From Acholeplasma laidlawii PG-8A (GTDB lineage Bacteria; Bacillota_I; Bacilli_A; Acholeplasmatales; Acholeplasmataceae), in the NCBI RefSeq assembly GCF_000018785.1, contig NC_010163.1, forward strand, positions 1,080,001 through 1,112,000: 32,000 nucleotides of DNA, read 5' to 3'. The translations under genes were made by a program, and so were the position numbers. The notes beneath the pieces are model-generated. The model was not told the origin of the DNA, searched no databases, and worked only from the letters and a program-made list of their open reading frames with translations. Below, piece after piece: positions 1 to 8,033 of the stretch (positions within the stretch are counted from its first letter, which is position 1; every line of letters begins with the position of its first letter).

Positions 1-195
1 GTGTATTGCAGAAGTACCAGAAACAAGCGCTGCTGCATGATTTATACCTACTAAAGTAGCGAGTTCTTTTTCAAAATTATCAACGTTAGGACCAAGTGGT
101 GCAATCCAATTTGTTTTAAATGCCTCATTTACAAATTCTTGTTCATAACCTTCTTTACTCATATGAGGTGAAGCTAGTAATATTTTTTCTTTCAT
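1..195 (-). CDS. DegT/DnrJ/EryC1/StrS-family PLP-dependent sugar aminotransferase, first 65 codons only (gene runs off the window start)
   Basis: Hand translation of the minus strand from the ATG at 193-195 gives MKEKILLASPHMSKEGYEQEFVNEAFKTNWIAPLGPNVDNFEKELATLVGINHAAALVSGTSAIH, open to position 1. AGGA lies about 8 nt upstream. The N-terminal pattern is typical of DegT-type aminotransferases. Not in the supplied ORF track. Confidence 0.65.
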   Translation of the reverse strand, partial: MKEKILLASPHMSKEGYEQEFVNEAFKTNWIAPLGPNVDNFEKELATLVGINHAAALVSGTSAIH

Positions 196-212
196 GTTTT
201 TCATCCTTTTGA

Positions 213-833
213 TTAGATATCAAAGTATTTTATTATTTTATTTTTATCATACCCAGTGCTTACTAGGTTCATATATATTATTTCATTATTTGCATAACTT
301 GATATTAATATCGCATCATGTTTATAATCTAGAGCCTCTTTAAATGAAATAATTTGTTTATTAACTAAGTATTTTTGCTGTTTTTTTAGATTATCATCAA
401 TGACCGCTAATACATTAATTGGTGTGTTTTTAGAAGTAATAGTCTGAAGTAATATTTCAGCAACTTCTCCTGCTCCATAGAGTAAAATATCTTTATAACC
501 TTTATTAGAAAGGTTATAAAGAAATGCGTCAATGTTTTCTTTTGCAGAATCATATATTGTTTGTGCATTATCTAAATATCCAATATTCAAAAACTTTCTT
601 CGTTCAATACCTTTTTTTGTAATATGATACCTTACTGTTTTAGTTGAGATATGCTCTTTTTCTAACAAACCTTCTTTTTCATACATATCAATGTATGTAT
701 TAACCATAGAAACAGCAATGTTAATTGCTGTTGAGATTTCTCTTTGAGTAATATTAGGATCTTTTTCTATTAAGTTTAAAATCATGTACTCTTTATAGAT
801 TATAGTTGGTTTAAAGAAGTTTTTAGCAATCAC
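213..833 (-). CDS. Winged-helix transcriptional regulator with a C-terminal Rossmann-like domain
   Basis: 206-aa ORF. GTG start at 831-833 with GGGGAG 8 nt upstream. HTH-like segment ITQREISTAINIAVSMVNTYIDMYEKEGLL. Glycine-rich Rossmann-like segment ILLYGAGEVAEILL. Family-level call only. Confidence 0.6.
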   Translation of the reverse strand: MIAKNFFKPTIIYKEYMILNLIEKDPNITQREISTAINIAVSMVNTYIDMYEKEGLLEKEHISTKTVRYHITKKGIERRKFLNIGYLDNAQTIYDSAKENIDAFLYNLSNKGYKDILLYGAGEVAEILLQTITSKNTPINVLAVIDDNLKKQQKYLVNKQIISFKEALDYKHDAILISSYANNEIIYMNLVSTGYDKNKIIKYFDI

Positions 834-850
834 TACAACATCTCCCCTTA

Positions 851-871
851 TTGTTCGTTTATTGAATAATT
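851..871 (-). promoter_or_regulatory. 21-nt leader motif ttgttcgtttattgaataatt (copy 1), just upstream of the RBS of the wHTH regulator gene
   Basis: Identical 21-mer also at 2322-2342 upstream of galE. Both copies lie 18-24 nt upstream of the start codon, adjacent to a G-rich RBS. Confidence 0.5.
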
Positions 872-1186
872 TAATTGTATACTATTTGTATGAATTATTC
901 AAGCACTTTAGAACAATATCTTAGGATGGTAAAGATTTTAATATTATTGCAATCTAAATTTATAACTAGTATTTCCACATGTAAGATGATTATTCAAGAG
1001 ATAACTTTATTTTCACCCGAAAAAAATTATTTTTTTAACATTACAATAATTTCAAATATACCCTCATCACATTTTATATTATAAATCACCCTTTAACAAG
1101 CACTTCATTATTAAAATATTTTCACCAAATATTAAGATTATTCCGTTCTTTATAAACACCTTTAGACCATTTTTGTAGACTCAATC

Positions 1187-1212
1187 AAAAAGACAACCTA
1201 AAAAGGTTGTCT
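1187..1212 (-). terminator. Rho-independent terminator of galE
   Basis: 8-bp stem agacaacc (1191-1198) / ggttgtct (1205-1212) with a 6-nt loop. On the minus strand it is followed by a T-run (ttttgatt). Confidence 0.65.
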
Positions 1213-1293
1213 AATTTTAATAATATTTCGTTTTTCATACTTATCCATTTAATCAATTAATCATATCCCCATATGATTATTTGTATCCATTGC
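1187..1293 (-). repeat. Intergenic 3'-UTR/terminator element, copy A (downstream of galE)
   Basis: Shares ordered blocks with 9800-9915: aaaaagacaacc-N6-ggttgtct hairpin, acttatcca, cccc-N3/4-gattattt, gtat, attgc. Same orientation in both copies. Confidence 0.6.
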
Positions 1294-1302
1294 AAATTAG
1301 AT

Positions 1303-2298
1303 TTATCTTAAATTCTTTTCAAATACCCAAGCATCTTTAACCATATCTTCAAGAGTCAACTTTGTTCCCCAATGAAGTTCTTTCTTCGCTTTAGATGCAT
1401 CTGCATAAACAGTAGCAAGATCCCCTGGTCTTCTTTCTACTATATCATAAGGTATTTTAATACCATTTACTCTTTCAAAGGTATGAATCAGTTCTAAAAC
1501 ACTTGTACCTACACCTGAACCTAAATTATATATATTAAAATTACTTTTAGCATTCATTAATGCAGCAATATGTCCTTTAGCTAAATCAACTACATGGATA
1601 TAGTCTCTAACACCTGTACCATCAACTGTATCGTAGTCATTACCAAAAACAAATAACTTTTCTCTTATGCCTTTTGCTACTTGAGTAACATAAGGCATAA
1701 GGTTATTCGGTATGCCTTGTGGCTTTTCACCAATTAAACCTGACTTATGTGCTCCAATAGGATTAAAGTATCTAAGTAACGTTATGTTCATATCTTTGTT
1801 ATTACGAGAAAAATCTTTTAAGATACGTTCACTCATCTTCTTTGTCTCACCATATGGATTAGTAGTTACCTTTAATTCCATTAGCTCATGTAATGGTGAT
1901 ACTTGATCACCATATACAGTAGCAGATGATGAAAAGATAAAGTGTTTCACTTTATACTTTTCTGATAATGATGCTAGTGTCATGGTCGTATTTAAATTAT
2001 TTTGATAATACATCAGTGGTTTTAAAACAGACTCGCCTACAGCTTTGTAACCTGCAAAGTGAATCACTGCATCTACTTGTTCTTTATTAAATATGTTATC
2101 CATGATATTCATATTTGAACAATCTGCTTCATAAAACTTTAATTTATTAATTTTTGTTATGGTTTTAATTTTATCTAATACATCTATTTGACTATTATAT
2201 AAGTTATCTACTATAACTACTTCATGTCCTAATTCTAATAGTTCTACTACGGTATGTGATCCAATGTATCCCATACCACCTGACACTAATACTTTCAT
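1303..2298 (-). CDS. galE: UDP-glucose 4-epimerase
   Basis: 331 aa. N-terminal GGMGYIGSH Rossmann motif, SSSATVYG, YGETK (YxxxK catalytic motif), and GalE-like length. GGGGG RBS upstream of the ATG at 2296-2298. Confidence 0.9.
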   Translation of the reverse strand: MKVLVSGGMGYIGSHTVVELLELGHEVVIVDNLYNSQIDVLDKIKTITKINKLKFYEADCSNMNIMDNIFNKEQVDAVIHFAGYKAVGESVLKPLMYYQNNLNTTMTLASLSEKYKVKHFIFSSSATVYGDQVSPLHELMELKVTTNPYGETKKMSERILKDFSRNNKDMNITLLRYFNPIGAHKSGLIGEKPQGIPNNLMPYVTQVAKGIREKLFVFGNDYDTVDGTGVRDYIHVVDLAKGHIAALMNAKSNFNIYNLGSGVGTSVLELIHTFERVNGIKIPYDIVERRPGDLATVYADASKAKKELHWGTKLTLEDMVKDAWVFEKNLR

Positions 2299-2321
2299 AA
2301 TTACCCCCGGTTTAAATGAAT

Positions 2322-2342
2322 TTGTTCGTTTATTGAATAATT
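2322..2342 (-). promoter_or_regulatory. 21-nt leader motif ttgttcgtttattgaataatt (copy 2), upstream of the galE RBS
   Basis: Exact repeat of 851-871. Confidence 0.5.
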
Positions 2343-2682
2343 CTATTTTAACCTATTTATACCCATTTAGCAATATTCCACATCTCTAATCATCATTTGA
2401 AACCATCATTAAATTATCTTTTAAATCATTTGATTAATTTCTCAAGGATCTCCGAAAATAATACAAGTAAAAAAGGAATAAAGTGAAAAAAATCTAATTG
2501 AGGTTCAAAAGTATAGCACTAGCATTTTTCATTTTATGAACCACCACATTTATTATAATATATATTATGATGATGTATATATTCAATCCATACTATTTCA
2601 AATTATGTCGACTCATCTTATATATTTGTAATGATTTATTAGATGTTTACCATATAAATCATCCATTTTATTATTGGTAAAC

Positions 2683-2895
2683 TTATCTAACTTTATTACT
2701 TCTATAGGTGTTGTAGATATTTTGGTGTGCGTATCTACCAATTGAATCGGCACTAAGCAGTTCTTGATGGACATATTCGGGAACTTCCAAGTATTCATAG
2801 ACTGATCCATCTTTAAATTCAAATACCAAAAGACCTGTATCACTATCGTATCCAACAGAATCTATATGTGATGATTGAACGTATTTCATATTCAT
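2683..2895 (-). CDS. KTSC domain protein
   Basis: 70 aa. SSHIDSVGYDSDTGLLVFEFKDGSVYEYLEVPEYVHQELLSADSIGRYAHQNI matches the KTSC (PF13619-type) pattern as I remember it. The ATG is 2 nt after the HerA stop (TAA-TT-ATG), so it is probably co-translated with the SIR2-HerA operon. Confidence 0.8.
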   Translation of the reverse strand: MNMKYVQSSHIDSVGYDSDTGLLVFEFKDGSVYEYLEVPEYVHQELLSADSIGRYAHQNIYNTYRSNKVR

Positions 2896-2897
2896 AA

Positions 2898-4676
2898 TTA
2901 AAATCTCCTTTCTCTCATTTTTCTAACAACATTTATATAATCTGTATCTTTACTTTCAAATTTATGACTCCAACTCTTAATTATATCTGGATCGTTACTA
3001 TTAGGTCTTGGTTCAAATTTTTGAATTCTTACCCTGGATGGTATTTTAATTGCATCACCAACAACAATACACTCACCTATTCGTAATGTGGGGAGTAGAT
3101 CCATTAATCCAGTCATGTTGTTTGGTGCTGTAGCTTTTACTGAACTTTGATCAGACGAATTAGTCAATCTCATAGAAATTGTTGTACCAACTTGAGCAAG
3201 TATCGTATCAGAAATTTCTGATGGACGCTGAGTTACAACTGCTGCTCCAATCCCAAATTTTCTACCTTCCTTAAATATTTTTTCTACACTCTTCCTTGCA
3301 TATCCGTAAATATATCTTGAATCTTGATTTTTTGGTAAATAAGCATGTGCCTCCTCAAACACCATTAATATAGGACGTGCTCTACCAGTATAATCTTCAT
3401 CTTTACCCCAAAACATACTATCATATACAATTCTATTTATTAGACCTATCGAAATATCCATCAGCTCATAAGGTATGCCACTTAAATCTAATATCGTCAA
3501 TCTTTTTTCATGTCCCATCCATTCAATAATCAAGTCATTCAAGTCCTTATTTTCTCCATCAAGATAGCCTCCAGGTTTAAACATAAAGTCATATTTATTA
3601 TCACTCAAGCGAGAAAATATTTTCTTTTCATATAAATACATGGTTTGATTCTTACTTTTATATGGTGCTTTAGAATCAACTGTATAGGGTTGAAATTGAG
3701 CTGGTATTAGTTCAGAATAATCACCCTCATCAATGAGCATTTCATTATCTCTAGTCTGTGACACTTGGTCTGCCTTGTTATATGTCGCTATTACTTCTCT
3801 ATTAAGATTGTGCCACATTAAACGAATATCAAATGGTATTGGTGAATCTTCAGTAATATATTCCTCATTAATCGATCCGGCTTTTATTTTATCTTTATTT
3901 TCCTTTTTTAATCTTACAATTTCTTCTCTAAGTCTCTTATCTTCAGGACGTTCACTTCCTGCCTCTCTACCAACCAAAAAAAATGATAATTCATCGAAGT
4001 TCATAGCCCAATACGGAATATATAAAGGTGAGTCTGGGCTGTTTAATCTCATAACTTTCGATTTAGCTGGAAATGCAGATGAATATTCACCATGAATATC
4101 AATTAAGATTATTCTGGAGCCTTCGAATTTTTCTAGTATGCTAGAAATAACTCGTGCTGTTGTATTTGATTTACCACTACCTGTTGAACCCAATATAGCT
4201 AGGTGTCTTGAAATTATTTTTTGCAAATCCAGATAAATTGGTAGGTCATTTGAGGATGCATGGGTCCCTAGTTCTATTTGTCCAGTTGAATCAAAATCAT
4301 AAATTGACTTGATATCACTCTCTGTGACTATGTGAACCTCGTCGTTAATTGTGGGAAACACTCCAATACCCTTCTGAAAAACACCTCTACCGATTTTTTC
4401 TCCAATCAAATTTACTCTTATGTTTCTATTCACAAGATCATGATCAATTAATGTCATTTTGGTTTGGTCAACGCCTGATATATTTACAGAATCAACAACT
4501 CCAAATAACATAGTATTACCCAATGGTATTCTTACTAATGTTCCTATTTGACCGATGCGATACTGAATACCATCAATAATCGGTGATGCACTTGGAATAT
4601 CATTTGAGATTCTTACATCAATTTTCCCACTATCTACATTAGTGATAAATCCTATAAAGGTGATTTTTTTATGCAT
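2898..4676 (-). CDS. herA: HerA-like (DUF87) ATPase of a SIR2-HerA anti-phage system
   Basis: Walker A GSTGSGKSNT, HerA-type Walker B region IILIDIHGEY, and C-terminal GIGAAVVTQRPSE. I prefer the ATG at 4674-4676 (GGAGGAG 6 nt upstream) over the TTG at 4691 used by the track. It overlaps the SIR2 stop by 8 nt (ATGCATAA). Confidence 0.85.
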   Translation of the reverse strand: MHKKITFIGFITNVDSGKIDVRISNDIPSASPIIDGIQYRIGQIGTLVRIPLGNTMLFGVVDSVNISGVDQTKMTLIDHDLVNRNIRVNLIGEKIGRGVFQKGIGVFPTINDEVHIVTESDIKSIYDFDSTGQIELGTHASSNDLPIYLDLQKIISRHLAILGSTGSGKSNTTARVISSILEKFEGSRIILIDIHGEYSSAFPAKSKVMRLNSPDSPLYIPYWAMNFDELSFFLVGREAGSERPEDKRLREEIVRLKKENKDKIKAGSINEEYITEDSPIPFDIRLMWHNLNREVIATYNKADQVSQTRDNEMLIDEGDYSELIPAQFQPYTVDSKAPYKSKNQTMYLYEKKIFSRLSDNKYDFMFKPGGYLDGENKDLNDLIIEWMGHEKRLTILDLSGIPYELMDISIGLINRIVYDSMFWGKDEDYTGRARPILMVFEEAHAYLPKNQDSRYIYGYARKSVEKIFKEGRKFGIGAAVVTQRPSEISDTILAQVGTTISMRLTNSSDQSSVKATAPNNMTGLMDLLPTLRIGECIVVGDAIKIPSRVRIQKFEPRPNSNDPDIIKSWSHKFESKDTDYINVVRKMRERRF

Positions 4677-5847
4677 CCAATTCTCCTCCAATGGTTGTAG
4701 TAATCTTTATTAAGAAATCAGTAAATATCTTAAAATCACCCAATGTAACATTCTTCATATCTGAATTTACAAACTGGTCATAGAATTTGTCTTCACTTAG
4801 ATTGTCAAAATCCCACTCAAACAGTGATCCTGATTTAATAACATGATTCGGTCCATAAACAGTGATGTTTTTATACATCACAAAATTATCTCTATTATCT
4901 AATAAAACTTTATCTTCATATACAAAGACCATTACATGAAGACGTTGATTATTTATTAAAGAAGTAAATATTACTTCATTGATATGCTGATCACTAAAAG
5001 AATAACCCTGAATTATGAACAGTGTCTCCGATTTTATTAGGAAATATTTTAATCTATCAAAATAGGTGGTGAATGGTTGTTTTCTAGATAAAGTATATTT
5101 TTCCTTTGATGGATATATTACTATCTCTTTATCACTTTCTTTCTTCAGTTCATGGTTCGATCTATAGATAACATCACCCTCACGATTTTTCTTCCAAAAC
5201 CAATTTAATGAACCATGAAGTTTCCATAACCTAACCCAATTTATTGGTAGACTTGATTCTCTCTCAATATTTTCAACACTCTCCTGATGAAAGAAACTAT
5301 GATATGATCCAATAAAACCATCAAAGTAAGGGATTTCTCTATCTTCTAGAGCCTTTTCTAATAATAAATCATAGTTCGTAGTGAAAATCTCAATTGCATT
5401 TGAATTTCTTACTGAATTTGCCCATAAAGCAAATCGCTTAAAAGCTTTAAATAAATCCTCATTACTAACAATTTCATTTTCTTTACTTGTTAACGTATTA
5501 TAAATGTCATTGCAGATATCATGATCAATAAGAGATGATTGTGCACCATTAATGCCAAATATTTCTAGTGAATCCATGTCGTTAGTTAGACTTCTAATCA
5601 TTCGAAGTGAATTGAGTATATCTTCTATTGTGGAGTAATCATTCATTTGTTTAGTTTTTTCAATAGAAATTATTTTGTCAATAGCTTCTTTATGTATACT
5701 ATTTTTACGGACACTATCAGTGAGTGCTTTGATTCCCGGCATTCCTGATGACATGGAACTCCCTGCCCCTAAAAAAACCCCCGTTTTCATATTATTCGAT
5801 AACTTATTCATTATGTTACTCAATTCTTGATACACGCTAATCTTCAT
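4669..5847 (-). CDS. SIR2-family (SIR2_2-type) NADase-like protein, partner of HerA
   Basis: GAGSSMSSGMPG, FTTNYDLLLE, KLHGSLNW and IIQGYSFSD are the SIR2_2 motif set. I prefer the ATG at 5845-5847 (MKISVYQ..., GGAG 7 nt upstream). The 34-codon extension in the track has no RBS. Confidence 0.85.
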   Translation of the reverse strand: MKISVYQELSNIMNKLSNNMKTGVFLGAGSSMSSGMPGIKALTDSVRKNSIHKEAIDKIISIEKTKQMNDYSTIEDILNSLRMIRSLTNDMDSLEIFGINGAQSSLIDHDICNDIYNTLTSKENEIVSNEDLFKAFKRFALWANSVRNSNAIEIFTTNYDLLLEKALEDREIPYFDGFIGSYHSFFHQESVENIERESSLPINWVRLWKLHGSLNWFWKKNREGDVIYRSNHELKKESDKEIVIYPSKEKYTLSRKQPFTTYFDRLKYFLIKSETLFIIQGYSFSDQHINEVIFTSLINNQRLHVMVFVYEDKVLLDNRDNFVMYKNITVYGPNHVIKSGSLFEWDFDNLSEDKFYDQFVNSDMKNVTLGDFKIFTDFLIKITTTIGGELDA

Positions 5848-6006
5848 TTTTCTTCTCCGATAAATATATTTTTGATAATTATTACTATTTAATTTGTTGT
5901 ATTTAAATATGTATAAATTTTTGAAAAATATCCTATACTTCGTTGTCAAGTATAACTACTCATAAATTTTATAGTCTTGTTTTTAGTTATAGACAAAATA
6001 TATTAC

Positions 6007-7197
6007 TTAATCCTTATAGTTATAGAAATAATATCCACTTTTTACATCATTTATATTGGTAATTTCAATAATTCTGATCCTTTTTTCTAATAACATTCTA
6101 TGAAGTAAATTATTTCCCACAGCATTTGGTATTGATTCTCCATAGTTTTTTAATAGTTTGATAGCATTATTCACTGTATCAGTTCTGACCTTTCTTTTCT
6201 TATCAAAGTTACTCCATGCAAAATATATAATGGTTGTACTTTCTATTAAATTACATGCATCAAAAATACTCTGAAAATATGAATAATCTTGTGGATTTAG
6301 TGAATGTCCATATATTAGTATGTGACCTTTAACAGCCTCTTTCAAGTTGAAACTCTCATCTCCATCATATGCATGTATTTTTCTAGCCGTCTTTGTAAAT
6401 AAGTATTTACTTTCATTTGACTTAATCCATTTTTTCGATTCTAAATCTTGTTCATCTATACCAAAAATGACTTCCTCTGAATGAATACTTCCATGAATAT
6501 TAGTCATGTTCCACTGTTTAATATCATCATAGTTTCTAGTAAATGTTGGTATACTATAGTTGAAATTAATTAGTGAAAATATTGAATCATTAACAGAACT
6601 TGCAATTTTAGAAAACTCTTTGTATAACAATGAATTTCTTCTTTCATATTTGATTTTATTTAAGCGTAATTGATTACTGACATACTCTTTAAAATCTAAT
6701 TCAATTATTTTTAATTGATCTAGAAGCCATTTATTATACTCTATTTGTGAAAAAGTCATTTCTTTCAATTCGAATGCTTTGCTTATTAAAGCAAACAATG
6801 GATTGAATGTTCTAACTAGACTGCTATAATTTTTACCTTGTTTTTGTATGTCTATTAGTGATATTTTGTTTTCTGAAATATATTCAAAAATCAGATTTTC
6901 AACATTATGCCACCCAGCATTCTTTTTAACTATTTTTTCACTAATAAAAACAACATCCCAAATGGATATCTGATCAAACAGCAAATTTATATCTGATTCT
7001 GTCATTCTATTTATAATTCTGTATATCGAATTATTCAAATTTAGCGAATTATCATAATCCATTTTAGATTGAATTTGATTAAAATAATCAATAGTAATTT
7101 GAAAATCCTCTTTACTATATCTTTGATTAAAATAATCAAGATAATCCGTTTTTAACCCACATTGAATATCAAATCCATTGCCTAAAACAAGTAGCAT
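6007..7197 (-). CDS. abiH: AbiH-like abortive-infection protein
   Basis: 396 aa. The N-terminus MLLVLGNGFDIQCGLKTDYLDYF matches the AbiH family (PF14253-type) hallmark xxGNGFDxxxGLxTxY. AAGAGGTG RBS. Confidence 0.75.
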   Translation of the reverse strand: MLLVLGNGFDIQCGLKTDYLDYFNQRYSKEDFQITIDYFNQIQSKMDYDNSLNLNNSIYRIINRMTESDINLLFDQISIWDVVFISEKIVKKNAGWHNVENLIFEYISENKISLIDIQKQGKNYSSLVRTFNPLFALISKAFELKEMTFSQIEYNKWLLDQLKIIELDFKEYVSNQLRLNKIKYERRNSLLYKEFSKIASSVNDSIFSLINFNYSIPTFTRNYDDIKQWNMTNIHGSIHSEEVIFGIDEQDLESKKWIKSNESKYLFTKTARKIHAYDGDESFNLKEAVKGHILIYGHSLNPQDYSYFQSIFDACNLIESTTIIYFAWSNFDKKRKVRTDTVNNAIKLLKNYGESIPNAVGNNLLHRMLLEKRIRIIEITNINDVKSGYYFYNYKD

Positions 7198-7295
7198 TTC
7201 ACACCTCTTAATACCTTGATTTTAATTCATTTTTTTATTACATTAATCTATCTTTAATATTTCACATTTTGTAATTCTTAAATATGATTTGTTGC

Positions 7296-8033
7296 CTAAA
7301 TCTTTATTTCTAAATTATCTAGAAGTTTGAAATTAACATCTCTTTTATCGTTAATAGCATCATTAACACTCTCTATTAGGAACTTTTTATAATAGTCACT
7401 TATCATATTAACCAAATTCTTAATATTGTTTGTTAGATCGTTTTTTTCTTCTCCGTTTATATAGCAAGTTTCATAGTCATCGTACATTAAAAGAATTCTA
7501 TGATGACTAATCGCATTTCTAAGTTCTTTGATTGCTCTTAAATTTTGAATAACATACTCGTCACTATTTGGAAACATTCTCTTAAGATCTTTATCAGTGA
7601 ATTTCTCGACTATCTGAATTAGTTGACCAAAATCTAGATCTTCTAATTCAAAGGCAATATTACTTCCATTTTTTAAGTTAGCTTTTATACTTTCACCTAA
7701 TTTTAATGTAGAAAGTCCATGGTTATGGCTATTAGCTATAAATGCCCTGATTTGCTCTTCAAAGGCTGATATGAACTTGTATAAACGATTTCTAAGTCTT
7801 TTATCATATTTATATAAATCAGAGACAGTTTTATATTTAATCTTTCCATCATCATCTAATCCAATAAAATTTATCAATACCACATGATAAGCAACACCTT
7901 TTAAATCAAGATATTTACTGCAGCGTTCTTCTTCCTGCGCATTACTAAATATCAATTTCTTCATGAGTTTTGATTTTGTGATATGGATATCTATATATTT
8001 ACTAGTTTTCCCAGTCATATTTGTTGTACACAT
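7296..8033 (-). CDS. Abi_2 (AbiD/AbiF-like) HEPN-domain protein
   Basis: DLYKYDKRLRNRLYKFISAFEEQIRAFIAN and IKELRNAISHHRILL (Rx4H HEPN motif) are Abi_2 hallmarks. The start is ambiguous (ATG at 8033, 8018 or 7964) and none has a clear RBS. The first two overlap the upstream NTase ORF. Confidence 0.75.
   Translation of the reverse strand: MCTTNMTGKTSKYIDIHITKSKLMKKLIFSNAQEEERCSKYLDLKGVAYHVVLINFIGLDDDGKIKYKTVSDLYKYDKRLRNRLYKFISAFEEQIRAFIANSHNHGLSTLKLGESIKANLKNGSNIAFELEDLDFGQLIQIVEKFTDKDLKRMFPNSDEYVIQNLRAIKELRNAISHHRILLMYDDYETCYINGEEKNDLTNNIKNLVNMISDYYKKFLIESVNDAINDKRDVNFKLLDNLEIKI

Noticed and set aside
875-1084. 69-aa plus-strand ORF in the regulator/galE intergenic region
   Set aside because: It is the only plus-strand ORF in a minus-strand block. 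The peptide is low-complexity and Ile/Ser-rich, with no RBS. The region is better explained as promoter and leader of the regulator plus the galE 3'-UTR.
1712-1906. All short antisense or shadow ORFs in the track that lie inside longer genes: 1712-1906, 3733-4095, 9501-9686, 10156-10353, 13040-13231, 13915-14376, 14531-14722, 16188-16382, 16285-16575, 17450-17674, 17864-18088, 18099-18293, 18590-18940, 18822-19016, 19127-19369, 20977-21174, 28642-28824, 29114-29371, 30385-30603, 31047-31277
   Set aside because: Each lies largely or wholly within, and mostly antisense to, a longer ORF with clear family motifs. Their peptides are low-complexity with no recognisable motif, and I saw no RBS. Several are just mirror images of the 726-bp repeat.
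2613-2855. 80-aa ORF overlapping the KTSC gene in another frame
   Set aside because: The overlapping 2683-2895 frame encodes a convincing KTSC domain and is translationally coupled to herA. This ORF has no motif and no RBS.
5848-5949. N-terminal extensions or alternative starts proposed by the track for SIR2 (to 5949), HerA (TTG 4691), phosphohexomutase (TTG 14031), GH16 (to 16526), HTH::M78 (TTG 29493) and flotillin (to 31754)
   Set aside because: In each case an internal ATG is preceded by a well-spaced GGAG-type RBS and yields a sensible N-terminus (signal peptide, TM helix or family start). The extension has no RBS and adds non-homologous residues.
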